From contig DASZTF010000044.1 of NCBI GenBank assembly GCA_035548315.1, forward strand, positions 95,484-159,483: 64,000 nt of DNA. The letters are read 5' to 3'. Shown here piece after piece: positions 26,004 through 36,077 of the stretch. Numbering within the stretch: the first letter of the stretch is position 1; every line of letters starts with the position of its first letter. The notes below the pieces were generated by a model. That model saw only the letters and a list, made by a program, of their open reading frames with translations, was not told the DNA's origin and searched no databases. The translations under genes and the position numbers were made by a program. This DNA is from Minisyncoccota bacterium. Lineage in GTDB: Bacteria; Patescibacteriota; Minisyncoccia; Phycocordibacterales; Phycocordibacteraceae.

Positions 26004-27494
26004 TTACGGCGTGTCGACGATGACGGTCTCGCCATCGGTGAGCCCACGGGCATCGGTCACGATCATGAGGTCTGGAGTGAGTCCCGTGAGCACGGTGACC
26101 TGATCACCGAGGAGCGTGCCGAGTGTAATCGGATGCGCGACGAGCGTACTCGACGCGACCGTGAATACGATCGGGCCCTGCGGCGTGATCTTGGTCGCCA
26201 CGATCGGAATCGCGATGGTCGAGGATGCTGTGACAGGGGTAGTGACGGCCGGGGCCGCAGTGCGCTCGAGCGAGAGCGTTACGGTGTCACCATCGACCAA
26301 GTCACCCTGCGAGGAAAGGTCGATCTTCACCGGGATCTTGCTTGTCGAGGGATCGACCGCGGGCGCGATGCTGGCGATGACGCCGGGGACCGTGCTGTTT
26401 ACCACCGCTTTACCACCCACCGAGAGCGACTTTGCATCAGTCGGCGTCACCTGCGCGTCAATTTCAAGTGCGCGCGGGTTCGATACTTCTGCTACGGTGC
26501 TGAATGCCGCGACGAAATCGCCCTGGGTCACGGGAAGGCTCACCACTGTGCCGGCTACCGGCGAGCGGATGATGGTCTTATCGAGCGCGGCCTTCGCTCC
26601 CTGGAGTGCGCCGAGCGCTTGAAGGACCGTGGCGTCCGCGCCGGCAGAGCCGCTCACGTCCTTCGACTGGTAGGAAGCCTGCGCGGTCGAAAGTGTGGAA
26701 AGAAGTGCGGTGAGGGTGCTCTGCGCCGTCGTAATGGCCGCGAGCTGTGTATCGGTTGCGCGCGAACCGGGCTTGCGCGCCGATGCGGCCAGGTCGTTCG
26801 CGAACGTAGCGAGTGTCTGCGTGTTCGCGTACGCCTCAGCGAGCAGCGACGCAGGATCGGCTGACGCGTCCTGTGCGACGTCCCTCTGCCAGGAGTTCAT
26901 AAGCGTGGTGAGTCCGGTGCGACGGCGCGAGAAATCGGGCGCATTGAAATCATTGGTAAGCAGCTGGGGGCCAAATGGCGTGTACTGCCCGAAGAACTGG
27001 TCGATGTCGTCGTTCAGTGTAGAAGCAGCGGTCGCGTATGCGCTCGCGAATTCATCACGTGCGCTTGCATCGGTGATAGTGGCGGAGCTCGCGCTGCGCG
27101 CAGCGACCGCCGCGTCGTAGGCGCCCTGCGCCTGGGTGACCGCCGCGACCTGGCTGCTGTTCTCGAACGTGCCAATTTGCTGACCGGCCGCGACCTGATC
27201 GCCGATCTTTACCGGGAGGCTCGTGATCTCGCCTGAGGTCTGCGCGAGGATGGTGGCCTGATTGAGCGATGACACCTTACCAATAAGTGACAGAGGACCA
27301 GCGCCCGAAGAGAGACCTGCGGCGCTCTCGAGGGTCACGTGGGGCGTCGCTGGAGGAGCGGGCGGGAGTTCTGCCGCGCGCGTGAAGAAATGCACGAGCA
27401 CCACAATGAGGAGCAGTACAATCACCCCACCGATAATCTGGGTGCGGCGGGAGCGTGTTTTGATCCAATTCCACGGGCGGGTGAGCCAATTCAT
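26004..27494 (-). CDS. RND membrane-fusion (periplasmic adaptor) protein, long coiled-coil form
   Basis: N-terminal TM helix, long Ala/Gln-rich coiled coil, C-terminal beta-barrel (RSPVAGTVVSLPVTQGDFV). Stop codon is 3 nt before the RND start. Confidence 0.7.
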   Translation of the reverse strand: MNWLTRPWNWIKTRSRRTQIIGGVIVLLLIVVLVHFFTRAAELPPAPPATPHVTLESAAGLSSGAGPLSLIGKVSSLNQATILAQTSGEITSLPVKIGDQVAAGQQIGTFENSSQVAAVTQAQGAYDAAVAARSASSATITDASARDEFASAYATAASTLNDDIDQFFGQYTPFGPQLLTNDFNAPDFSRRRTGLTTLMNSWQRDVAQDASADPASLLAEAYANTQTLATFANDLAASARKPGSRATDTQLAAITTAQSTLTALLSTLSTAQASYQSKDVSGSAGADATVLQALGALQGAKAALDKTIIRSPVAGTVVSLPVTQGDFVAAFSTVAEVSNPRALEIDAQVTPTDAKSLSVGGKAVVNSTVPGVIASIAPAVDPSTSKIPVKIDLSSQGDLVDGDTVTLSLERTAAPAVTTPVTASSTIAIPIVATKITPQGPIVFTVASSTLVAHPITLGTLLGDQVTVLTGLTPDLMIVTDARGLTDGETVIVDTP

Positions 27495-27549
27495 GTGCTA
27501 AAGCATACCATAAAACCTCCAAATCCTCAACGTTTAGGCTATAAAAAGC

Positions 27550-27571
27550 GGCACCCGATTGCTCGGGTGCC
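27550..27571 (-). terminator. hairpin terminator GGCACCCG-attgct-CGGGTGCC
   Basis: A-run on the plus strand reads as a T-run on the minus strand, directly after the stop of the 27577 gene. Confidence 0.5.
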
Positions 27572-27576
27572 AGATA

Positions 27577-28362
27577 TTAGCGAGGACTTGCCGGGAACGG
27601 ACGTATAAATATTTTGGTCCATTTGTCCGTCGGCTTTTCCTGCGAAGGATCGTCTTCGTTCGGATCGGGCGCGCCATTGGTATCCTTGAAGTAGAACACT
27701 TCCTGCCCAATCGTTATTTGTCGGTGGAAGTCGAGGTAGATGTCGTACCATACCGCGCGCACGATGCTCACGAGGTATGGGTACACTGTCGACTCGTGTG
27801 GCGGGTCTTCATTGTAATCCTCCTTCTCCTCGAGGGGCAGGGGTGCGGGGAGCGGTTTCCTCGTCGTCCCCCGCAACCACAGTGCCTGAAGCTCTTCTGG
27901 ATCGACCCGCGGGATGGGTATAAGGTCCAGCACCGTGGGCCAGAAGTCGAGGAATTTCCAGAGGCGACGCATTTCCTCGATCAGACATCGAAGTGCTGTC
28001 GTGATGGCGCGCGTCTCGTGCCGTTTGCAGGTTTCCGAGGCGGTAGATTCCTTTTCCACTTTGCTCACGCCGCCGCTGGGATACGAGCGCATGACTTCTT
28101 TCCATACGACATCGCGACGGACTTCGTGGACGAGGATGCGCACTGCCCGGGCATGCCGTTCTATACGCCCCGTCTTTGGGTTGAGGATGAGGTATACGTC
28201 GTCATCCTGCAGCTCCTCGTAAAGGTCGCGAAGTGTCTTGATGCCGTTGCGGTCGAATTCGCTCACGAGATTCGGGCGACCGTTCTTGTCTTTCCCGAGC
28301 GCTATGAGCGCGCACATGTCTTCGAAGGTCGACCGATAGTCGACCCGAAGTTGGTCGGCCAT
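27577..28362 (-). CDS. hypothetical protein (261 aa, no recognisable family)
   Basis: AAGGAA ribosome-binding site. Balanced soluble composition. The antisense 284-aa ORF is Arg/Phe/Val-rich and rejected. Isolated between a terminator and the kinase gene. Confidence 0.4.
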   Translation of the reverse strand: MADQLRVDYRSTFEDMCALIALGKDKNGRPNLVSEFDRNGIKTLRDLYEELQDDDVYLILNPKTGRIERHARAVRILVHEVRRDVVWKEVMRSYPSGGVSKVEKESTASETCKRHETRAITTALRCLIEEMRRLWKFLDFWPTVLDLIPIPRVDPEELQALWLRGTTRKPLPAPLPLEEKEDYNEDPPHESTVYPYLVSIVRAVWYDIYLDFHRQITIGQEVFYFKDTNGAPDPNEDDPSQEKPTDKWTKIFIRPFPASPR

Positions 28363-28429
28363 GGCCTATTCCTTATTGCTGAGATGAACCCCCGTGGCGA
28401 CTCTACTACGTAATGGAGATACGTAAAGC

Positions 28430-30463
28430 CTAGGTGATTTCGGGGATGACGGCCTGGAGCTCGGCGAGGCCTGCCGGTTTTACGACGTACGCGTCAAAAG
28501 TGCCGTCGCTTTTGCGCGCCTTCGCTTCTTTTGCTGTGAACCCGGAGAGCGCGATGATGCGGCCCTGATAGCCGCGCTCGCGCAGGCGCAGCGCGGCCTT
28601 ATCACCGTCCATATCGGGGAGCCCGATATCAAGGAGTATGACTTTTGGCCGATGATCGAGTGCGTACTTGATGCCTTGTTCGGCGTTGTAGGCGTAGTCC
28701 ACACTGCAGCCGCGCATTTCAAGTAGCTTGCCGATGCCCCACGCAGCGGCGTCGTTATCGTCGACGACGAGTACGGAGAGGCCCGATTCTTTTCTCTGTG
28801 GGACCAGTGTCGCCATGCGCGCAGCGAGTGTTGGTCTGCTCGTATGCGGGGTAGGAGGCTCAATGAGCGGGAGCGTTACGGTGAACGTGCTGCCTTTTCC
28901 GGGCCCCGGGCTCTCCACGGTAATCGAACCGTCGTGCTTCTCCACGAACGAGCGCACCAGCGCAAGCCCGATGCCGAGTCCGCGCTTTCCGCGCACGTCC
29001 CAGTCGATTTGGTGGAATGGTACGAAAATGTCTTCAAGCGACTCGGGCGCAATGCCAATGCCGGTGTCGGCGACGGTCACGACAGCTTCCTCCGCGCGGG
29101 AGGTCAGCGAGAGCGTGATGCTGTCGCCCGTCTCGGAATATTTTGAAGCGTTCGTGAGGAGGTTCGTGAATATCTGCTCGAGACGCACCGGATCGCCGAG
29201 CACGAAGTGGGACGCCTTGGGGATTCGTGTCGTGAAGAACTGGTGTCGGTTCTCAAAATGGTGCCGCGTCGATACGATCGCGTGCTCGAGCACCCCCGTG
29301 AGATCGGTGCGCTCCTTCCGGAGTGCAATTTTCCCCTCCGAAATGCGGGAGATATCGAGCAAGTCGTCGAGGAGCCGTCGAATGGTCTGCATGCGATCGC
29401 CCATGACGGCGAGGAGGTCCGCTTCTTCCTTCGGTCGCTGCGCCGAGAGTTGGAGGTACTCGATACCCGAGCCAATTGGCGCGAGCGGATTGCGGAGCTC
29501 GTGCGCGAGAATGGCGATGAAGTCATTTTTCGCTTGCGATTGCGAGGAGACGCGCGAGACGGCGTTCTCGAGCGCGGCGAGCTGGCTGCGCATGAGGTTC
29601 GTGGTGAGACGGCGGTCTTCTTCGAGTGTGGCGATGACGAGGAATATGCTGCCCAAGATTACGATGAACGCCTGAAGCTGGAACAATCGCTCTGCGAACG
29701 CGCTCGTGTGCGGCACGAGTCCGGCGTGGAAAAGGCCGTACATGGCGAGCGCAGCGGTAATAAATATAACGAGCGTCACGAAGCGTGGTCGCAGGCGCAG
29801 CGCGATCCAGAAGAGCGGGATGAGCAAGAGGTAGACGAGGGAGAGCCCGTGGAATGACCCAATGCCAAGCACGAAAATGAGCACGTCGAGCGCTATCGCT
29901 ACCGCGAATACGCCGACGGTCTCGAGCGCTTCGCCGAGCGGGCGTACAAAACGCGGCTTCGCAAACCACCGCATGATGAACGGCGTGAAAATCAGGAAGT
30001 AGAACAATGTACCGGTATAACGTTCGCCCCACGTGAGAGTATCGCCGCTCGGAAGTGCCGACCAGGTGACGGGCATAATGGCAGCGACGCACACGAGTAT
30101 GAGCAGGAGCCATAGCGAATCTCGGCGCGTGCGGAAGAGGGGGTCAATCTTGAGGGTCCGCAACAGGTGCGCACCGATCACGGACTGGAGCGCAAGTGCG
30201 ATGGGGAGGACGAGACGATAAAAGAGCGGCGCGTGTGCGATAGTGGTGTTCGTGAGCGCAGCCAGATAGATGGCCGGCCACAGCCACACCCCCTCAAGAA
30301 AGAGCACGGGGATGCCGAACGCGGAACTCGGCAGTACGAACGCTGTACCAGGCGCGATGGTGTGCGCAAGCGTGGCGGCAGCCACGCACCACGCATAGAG
30401 TATGACGCCCACGATGAGTCGGCGTACGGTGATGCGTCGCAGCAGCGCCTCCATGGCCCGCAC
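28430..30463 (-). CDS. hybrid sensor histidine kinase (membrane sensor + HisKA + HATPase_c + C-terminal receiver)
   Basis: AHELRNPLAPI H-box, G-boxes DTGIGI and GLGLAL, and a C-terminal REC domain (VLVVDDND...ILLDIGLPDMDG). Confidence 0.85.
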   Translation of the reverse strand: MRAMEALLRRITVRRLIVGVILYAWCVAAATLAHTIAPGTAFVLPSSAFGIPVLFLEGVWLWPAIYLAALTNTTIAHAPLFYRLVLPIALALQSVIGAHLLRTLKIDPLFRTRRDSLWLLLILVCVAAIMPVTWSALPSGDTLTWGERYTGTLFYFLIFTPFIMRWFAKPRFVRPLGEALETVGVFAVAIALDVLIFVLGIGSFHGLSLVYLLLIPLFWIALRLRPRFVTLVIFITAALAMYGLFHAGLVPHTSAFAERLFQLQAFIVILGSIFLVIATLEEDRRLTTNLMRSQLAALENAVSRVSSQSQAKNDFIAILAHELRNPLAPIGSGIEYLQLSAQRPKEEADLLAVMGDRMQTIRRLLDDLLDISRISEGKIALRKERTDLTGVLEHAIVSTRHHFENRHQFFTTRIPKASHFVLGDPVRLEQIFTNLLTNASKYSETGDSITLSLTSRAEEAVVTVADTGIGIAPESLEDIFVPFHQIDWDVRGKRGLGIGLALVRSFVEKHDGSITVESPGPGKGSTFTVTLPLIEPPTPHTSRPTLAARMATLVPQRKESGLSVLVVDDNDAAAWGIGKLLEMRGCSVDYAYNAEQGIKYALDHRPKVILLDIGLPDMDGDKAALRLRERGYQGRIIALSGFTAKEAKARKSDGTFDAYVVKPAGLAELQAVIPEIT

Positions 30464-30548
30464 TATAGCAGATGACTAGGGTGAAGAGACGATGAGCAGC
30501 GGAAATCCGCTTTGCAACGAGGCCGATTTGGGCTAGAATGCGCACTAT

Positions 30549-30623
30549 TCCGGGATAGCTCAATGGTAGAGCAGCGCCCTGTTAAGGCGTTGGTTGCAGG
30601 TTCGAGTCCTGCTCCCGGAGCCA
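30549..30623 (+). tRNA. tRNA-Asn (GTT)
   Basis: Manual fold: 7-bp acceptor stem TCCGGGA/TCCCGGA, D-arm GCTC...GAGC, anticodon loop CTGTTAA, T-arm GCAGG-TTCGAGT-CCTGC, encoded CCA. Confidence 0.8.
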
Positions 30624-30695
30624 GTAAAATTTCTTTTATTTTAGCCATCAATTTTTGGATGGTAGTTGGACGCTAGAACTTGTTATACTTCCACT

Positions 30696-30875
30696 ATGTT
30701 TACAAAGGAAGAATTAGAGGAAGCTCTCCGCTCAATAACCTCAACGATAAGTAAGTGTGAAAAGGTGCTACCAAAATTGAAACAAGGCACTTCACAACAC
30801 ACGCTCCTCGTACGAAGAATCAAAGCGCTCAACATTGCATCGTCGTTGATAACACAATCTTTGAAGGAATCCTAG
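30696..30875 (+). CDS. small hypothetical protein in the AT-rich islet downstream of the tRNA
   Basis: 59-aa helical ORF with very AT-rich codons. Coding status uncertain. Confidence 0.25.
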   Translation: MFTKEELEEALRSITSTISKCEKVLPKLKQGTSQHTLLVRRIKALNIASSLITQSLKES

Positions 30876-31063
30876 TAATACTTGCTGAGATTCGGAATGT
30901 GGACGTAAGCTGTATTGGCCATAAAGTAGGTTCTAACGTCGTCTACTACGCGGAGCATAGTTTGACATATCTATTTTAATATGACATACTGACTTTGCGT
31001 CAATGTTGGCGCGCCTATGGCCTGACTGTGGTAAAGCCACGGCAGAGCGAAAGGAGAAGTTCT

Positions 31064-31540
31064 ATGAAGATTTTGCGCTTGTCGAATACCTGCGGCTCGT
31101 CGTGCGGTGGACTCGACCTCTGGTCGGTTCTCAACGGCTCGTTGCCGAAAGAGTATCTCGAACGCTATGTCATCAGCTTGCGGGACGATTTGTGGGTCAC
31201 CACACTTCCTCGCAGCGGAGACGGCCTGCGGCCGAGTTATTTCAAAATATTCTCGCTCGGCGAAGCAAAGGCAGTCATCACCGAGTCGCTCGATAATGGC
31301 GGCCGTCGCACGGTGCAGATTGCTATCGAGAGCCCGAATACCGTTGACTTCGTTGCGCTCTACAAGAGCGTATATGAAGACTGGCTGGGCATCCCGCACG
31401 AAGTCATCCCGCTGCCGAAGTATCGGCTGCAGGAACCGTCCTTCGTCCGCGGCATCCGCAACGACCTGCACGACCTCTGGCAGTTCATCCAGAACCGCTG
31501 GCGTCGTGCTCGCGCAATGATTGTTGGGCAGTTCGCCTAA
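31064..31540 (+). CDS. hypothetical protein (158 aa)
   Basis: GGAGAAG ribosome-binding site 5 nt before the ATG. Hairpin plus T-run terminator at about 31545-31592. No family recognised. Confidence 0.4.
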   Translation: MKILRLSNTCGSSCGGLDLWSVLNGSLPKEYLERYVISLRDDLWVTTLPRSGDGLRPSYFKIFSLGEAKAVITESLDNGGRRTVQIAIESPNTVDFVALYKSVYEDWLGIPHEVIPLPKYRLQEPSFVRGIRNDLHDLWQFIQNRWRRARAMIVGQFA

Positions 31541-31824
31541 CGCCACCTACGGGGAGCCATCCGCTCCTGTGGGTGGCTTTCTGTTTTTATACAAACGCCA
31601 AAAGTCCGCTATAGCCAAGTTCGCGCTCAACTTCTGCCCAGTTTACTGTTCTGAACTTAGCCGCAATGGGGAGCAGCAAGTACGGGTTCACGCTATGCGT
31701 GCGAGACGAAGAAGAGGGAGAGGAGTTCCACCACGAGCCAGCCGAGCGCGGGCCAGGTGGAGTATTCAGGCAACATTCATTTCGACACGGTATGATGAAA
31801 ACATACTCCGTAACACTTTGCGGT

Positions 31825-32181
31825 ATGCACATCACGATCAAAGCGACTCGGCATCAGTTGAACGACGAAGAACGCACTCTGGTGAACAAGAAACTCGGCT
31901 CGGTTGAGAAACTGCTCGGTCGCGACGGCGAGACCGCAGAGTTGAATGTAGAGATCGCGGTGACCGCGGAAGGGGAGAAGCATGGCGAGGCTTGCCGCAC
32001 TGAAGTGAACCTCACCGCGGGCGGGAAATTTTACCGCGCGAGTGCATCGGCGGATACGATGAATTCCGCCATTGAAGCGGTACACCGCGAACTCGCGCGG
32101 GAAGTGAAAAGCGAGCGTGGTCGCGCGCGCACGCTCTGGAAACGCGGTCGCGCCGCTATTAAGGCGATGCTGCGGAGCTAG
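31825..32181 (+). CDS. hpf: ribosome hibernation-promoting factor (short HPF/RaiA form)
   Basis: MHITIKATRHQLNDEERTLVNKKL...FYRASASADTMNSAIEAVHRELAR matches the sigma-54-modulation/HPF fold. Confidence 0.7.
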   Translation: MHITIKATRHQLNDEERTLVNKKLGSVEKLLGRDGETAELNVEIAVTAEGEKHGEACRTEVNLTAGGKFYRASASADTMNSAIEAVHRELAREVKSERGRARTLWKRGRAAIKAMLRS

Positions 32182-33011
32182 CCCACCCAGTCAGTCTCGT
32201 TCTTTCCTTCGGGTACCACACGCAGGGGAACAAATTTCCCGTTATTAAATGCGGCGGTCTTGATTTTGATACGCTTGCCATCCTTGAAGAAATACGTGCC
32301 GGGGCCCTCGGCGTATGCGCGATACTTATTCCAATTGAGTTGCTGATCGCCGTCGAGGTCGAGTTCGCCCTCGCTCTTATCAATTTTCCCCGAATGAGTC
32401 GCCTTGCTCTCGTCTTGTGTAGTGGAAAGCATCGCGCCCGCGAAGAATTCCGGAAGAATGGTGGCGAGCAGCTCCGCGCCGATGGTCACGAGGCGCGGGC
32501 GTAGCTCGCGCGTCGTCTCGGTCGGTATAATCGCGACCTCTTTCTGCGCGAGGATGTCGCCCGCGTCCATTTTGAACACCATTTTTTGTATGGAAACTCC
32601 TGTCACGGTCTCGCCGTGAAGCAGTGCGCCCTCGACCGGCGAGGCGCCGCGATACTTGGGCAATAGCGAGTAGTGGATGTTGAGGATGCCGAGCGGGAAT
32701 GCATCGATGAGCGCACGCGGCAGGATTTTCCCGTACGCCACGCAGATGCCCGCCACGCAGCCGCGGCTGGTAATTTCCTCCACCACTTCTGGTGTCAGGT
32801 TCTCTGGCGTGATTACCGGGATGCCGTGGGTCTCTGCCAGCACGCGCGTCTCGCTCGGCGTGAGCGTAAGTCCACGGCCGCGCGGCGCGTCGGGGGAGGT
32901 CACGACGAGTTCCGGGATGAACCCGCGCTCGATTAGTATCGCGAGCGTATCGCGCGCCACATACGGCGTGCCGAAATAGACGAACTTCGCGCTGTTAGGA
33001 TTCGTCTCCAT
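32178..33011 (-). CDS. fmt: methionyl-tRNA formyltransferase
   Basis: FVYFGTP...VTSPD and HYSLLPKYRGASPV formyltransferase motifs. Immediately downstream of def. Confidence 0.85.
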   Translation of the reverse strand: METNPNSAKFVYFGTPYVARDTLAILIERGFIPELVVTSPDAPRGRGLTLTPSETRVLAETHGIPVITPENLTPEVVEEITSRGCVAGICVAYGKILPRALIDAFPLGILNIHYSLLPKYRGASPVEGALLHGETVTGVSIQKMVFKMDAGDILAQKEVAIIPTETTRELRPRLVTIGAELLATILPEFFAGAMLSTTQDESKATHSGKIDKSEGELDLDGDQQLNWNKYRAYAEGPGTYFFKDGKRIKIKTAAFNNGKFVPLRVVPEGKNETDWVG

Positions 33012-33543
33012 GTGGTTCTTCTGCGGCTTCGTGTCGTACCTCGAGTATGACTTCAGCGTGATCGGTGAAAAGGATACCGTTCAGGTGGTCGATCTCATGC
33101 TGGAAGGCTTGCGCGAGCACACCACCGCCACCGCGCTCGAATTTCTTACCGTCTGCATCATACGCGCGTACGGTTGCGCGTTCGCGGCGCTTCACTTTCC
33201 CATATTTGCCGCGCACCGAAAGACAACCTTCATCCACCGCCTTGCTCTTCTGTGAGAGACGGACGAACTCGGGATTCACAAATACCCCAAGCTCAGGTGG
33301 CGGCACCGGCTCTCCTTCGGCGGGCGGTGGCGCGATGCGGTCATACCGCACGAGGAAGATACGGTAGGGGACACCGATCTGGGGCGCCGCGATAGCGACG
33401 CCGTCCGACTCTGCATCCATGGTATCTGCCATATCGGCGATGATGCTGCGCAGGCTATCGGTGCCGAATAGGTCAGCTGGCACTGCCGCCGCGGTGCCGC
33501 GGAGTACGGGATCCTCTGTTTGGCGGATAGGGACGATAGCCAT
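32995..33543 (-). CDS. def: peptide deformylase
   Basis: GVAIAAPQIG, EGCLS and HEIDHLNG, the three PDF motifs. Confidence 0.85.
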   Translation of the reverse strand: MAIVPIRQTEDPVLRGTAAAVPADLFGTDSLRSIIADMADTMDAESDGVAIAAPQIGVPYRIFLVRYDRIAPPPAEGEPVPPPELGVFVNPEFVRLSQKSKAVDEGCLSVRGKYGKVKRRERATVRAYDADGKKFERGGGGVLAQAFQHEIDHLNGILFTDHAEVILEVRHEAAEEPHGDES

Positions 33544-33544
33544 A

Positions 33545-33826
33545 TTAAAAGGGGTTGAATTCGTTGTGCTTTTTCGGATCGATCTCGTACCAGAACTTTT
33601 TGCTGAAGTTCTTGGCTTTGCTGCAGACCGACTGCAGATAGTACAGATCCTCGGTCGGGATTTGTTCCAAAATGTATCCCATGCGAGACATGGTAATGGC
33701 GTCGAGCCCGTCTTGCTTGCGGGAATAATTAAGGTGCCGGCGGAAGAATTCCATGAGCTCCCCTCGTTCGGTCTTGCGGCTCTTTTCCTTCTTTACCTCC
33801 GGCAGGATGTCCTTGATGGACTTCAT
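33545..33826 (-). CDS. small basic hypothetical protein (93 aa)
   Basis: ORF between def and the PEGA-like gene. No family recognised. Confidence 0.3.
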   Translation of the reverse strand: MKSIKDILPEVKKEKSRKTERGELMEFFRRHLNYSRKQDGLDAITMSRMGYILEQIPTEDLYYLQSVCSKAKNFSKKFWYEIDPKKHNEFNPF

Positions 33827-33861
33827 GCAAGCAGGGTAGCACAGGGCACCCGGCTCACGCA

Positions 33862-34662
33862 TCAAAGTGCGATGAAGTAGCTCGCGCCCGAGTCGAAGAG
33901 ATAGAACCCACTCGTGCTTGCGGTACCGATGCGCGGATCTTGTGCCTTTATTACTGGGGCGAAGTATTGCGGATAGCGCGGGTCGAGCCCGATCACATTC
34001 ACCGAGGGGCCGGTGGCAACAATGACTGCATCGGTACGACCGGGGAACGGGATCACGCTATGGATCGGCGTGGTCGGAGCGTACGCGAGGGTGGGCGCGC
34101 AGGATCCATTGGTGCAAAGGTATTCCGGCGGTACCTCGCAGCCCGGAGTCGTGGTCGCCGGTGCAGCAAGCACGCGGTTATCCATCACGTATACATTCGT
34201 GCAGCCCACGGTAAGCGGCGCCCCGGACGTGGGCATCGCCGCAGCAGAAATCGCGAGCGCAGCGTTCGCCGCCGCAGCGCCCTCGAGCACGGTCGGCACC
34301 GGCTTTTGCGGCACCAAGATGGGAGAGATCGTGGTGGTCTCGTGGGACGTAATAGTCACGGTGCGCTCAAACGGCTCGTCGTCTGGCGCAGAGACGATGA
34401 CGGTGTGGGTACCCGGGACAAGCGCCACGCGGAACGACGTCGCGCGCGTGGTGCCGCGTGATGCAAGATCAGTAAATATCGTGGTGCCCGGGGTGAGTCC
34501 CGTCACTTCAAGCGTGCCTACGCGCACCACCGTGAGCCCGGGACCGGGGCGGAATCCCGCCGCATAGCCCGCGAGGAGCAGTACCACAAAGAGCAGGACA
34601 AGCATTAAAAGCCAATGCCGCTTCAGGCGGCTCAGCAGTGATTCTTCCGGAGGAGCTTTCAT
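33862..34662 (-). CDS. membrane-anchored secreted protein with PEGA-like beta domain
   Basis: TM helix (LLMLVLLFVVLLLAGY), then TLEVTGLTPGTTIFTD...FRVALVPGTHTVIVS (PEGA-like), and a Thr/Pro-rich tail with several Cys. Confidence 0.4.
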   Translation of the reverse strand: MKAPPEESLLSRLKRHWLLMLVLLFVVLLLAGYAAGFRPGPGLTVVRVGTLEVTGLTPGTTIFTDLASRGTTRATSFRVALVPGTHTVIVSAPDDEPFERTVTITSHETTTISPILVPQKPVPTVLEGAAAANAALAISAAAMPTSGAPLTVGCTNVYVMDNRVLAAPATTTPGCEVPPEYLCTNGSCAPTLAYAPTTPIHSVIPFPGRTDAVIVATGPSVNVIGLDPRYPQYFAPVIKAQDPRIGTASTSGFYLFDSGASYFIAL

Positions 34663-34690
34663 GGTGGCCCCAGGATAGCAAAAGGCCGAG

Positions 34691-36007
34691 CTAGGCGCCA
34701 ATTACCTCTATCACCGCACCGAGCGATGACAGACGCGCGGCGAGATCTTCGTAGCCGCGATTAATAGAGTAGACATTTCGCAGGATAGACGAACCCTCTG
34801 CAGCGAGCATGCCGATGAGGAGAATCGTGGCGGGGCGCAGTGCGGGCGGGCACACGATTTCAGCGCCGCGCAAGCGGCGCGGCCCCGTGATCTGGATGCG
34901 GTGCGGGTCCATAAGGTGCGTATCGGCCCCCAGGCGGTCAAGCTCGGTGTAGTAGATTGCGCGCTTCTCGTACACCCAGTCGTGAATGAGCGTCGTGCCT
35001 TCTGCCTGGGTGGCGATGACCGCGAAGAAGGGAAGGTTGTCGATGTTGAGTCCCGGGTAGGGGCGCGCATGGATCTTTTCTGGGAATGCGACAAGGCGCG
35101 ATGGGCGGATGGTGAGGTGTGCGAGTTTCGTGATGCCATTTTCAGAAACTCCCGCGTCAGTCACGGTGAAATTGAGACCCATCTTCTCCAGGATGAAGAG
35201 TTCGACCTCGAGAAACTCCATCGGCACCCGCTCGATGGTGATATTGGAATTGGTCACTGCTGCTGCAGCGATAAAGAACATCGCGTCCGTCGGGTCTTCT
35301 GCGACTGCGTAGGAAATATCGTTCTTGATGTCGGTGACGCCGTGTACGGTGAGCGTCGTCGACCCAATGCCTTCGATGTTCACGCCGAGCGCTTGGAGAT
35401 ACCCGCAGATTTCCTGGACCTGGTAGTTCGCTGAGGCGTATTTAATGACGCTCGTGCCCGCGATGCCCGCGGCAGCAAGGAGCGCATTAATAGTGGCGGT
35501 GTCGCCGGACTCGTAGAAGATCACTTCTGCTGGCTTGAGTTCAGCATGCTTCACGTGATAGTGATCAGTGAGCGTGTCGATCGATACGCCGAACTTCTCG
35601 AGTGCAGAAAGGTGCGGGCGTACGGAGCGCAGGCCAAGCGTGCAGCCGCCCGACTGCGGAATATCAAATTCCTGGAGGCGATGGATCAAGGAGCCGATGA
35701 ACATAAGGATGCTGCGCGTCTTGGTCGCCGCCGCGCGATCGATCGTACTCATATCTATGGTCTCGGGCGGCGTGATGACGAGGTCGTGATCCTGCCATTC
35801 ACACGTGACGCCGAGTGAGCGCAGCACTTCCACCAGGCGGTGGACCTCCTCGATCTTGGGCATCTTGCGGAGTGTGGTGGTGCCGCGGTTGAGGAGGGAA
35901 GCGGCAAGGAGTGCGACTGCGCCGTTCTTGGATGAATTGGTCACGATGGTACCCGAGAGCGGGTGCCCGCCCTCGACCGCGAAGCTGAGTGATTCCGGCG
36001 TCTGCAT
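34691..36007 (-). CDS. murA: UDP-N-acetylglucosamine 1-carboxyvinyltransferase
   Basis: EPSP-synthase fold. KNGAVALLAASLL N-terminus and the active-site GGCTLG loop. Confidence 0.85.
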   Translation of the reverse strand: MQTPESLSFAVEGGHPLSGTIVTNSSKNGAVALLAASLLNRGTTTLRKMPKIEEVHRLVEVLRSLGVTCEWQDHDLVITPPETIDMSTIDRAAATKTRSILMFIGSLIHRLQEFDIPQSGGCTLGLRSVRPHLSALEKFGVSIDTLTDHYHVKHAELKPAEVIFYESGDTATINALLAAAGIAGTSVIKYASANYQVQEICGYLQALGVNIEGIGSTTLTVHGVTDIKNDISYAVAEDPTDAMFFIAAAAVTNSNITIERVPMEFLEVELFILEKMGLNFTVTDAGVSENGITKLAHLTIRPSRLVAFPEKIHARPYPGLNIDNLPFFAVIATQAEGTTLIHDWVYEKRAIYYTELDRLGADTHLMDPHRIQITGPRRLRGAEIVCPPALRPATILLIGMLAAEGSSILRNVYSINRGYEDLAARLSSLGAVIEVIGA

Positions 36008-36077
36008 GTCGGCGGATTATACCATTAATCAGTCATTATTTTGACTGCGTAGAGGCTCGCGGTATCATGGCGAAGTA

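Noticed and set aside
30624-31060. Integrated mobile element at tRNA-Asn.
   Set aside because: There is no integrase, transposase, or att-like repeat of the tRNA 3' end visible in the window. It is reported only as an AT-rich islet.
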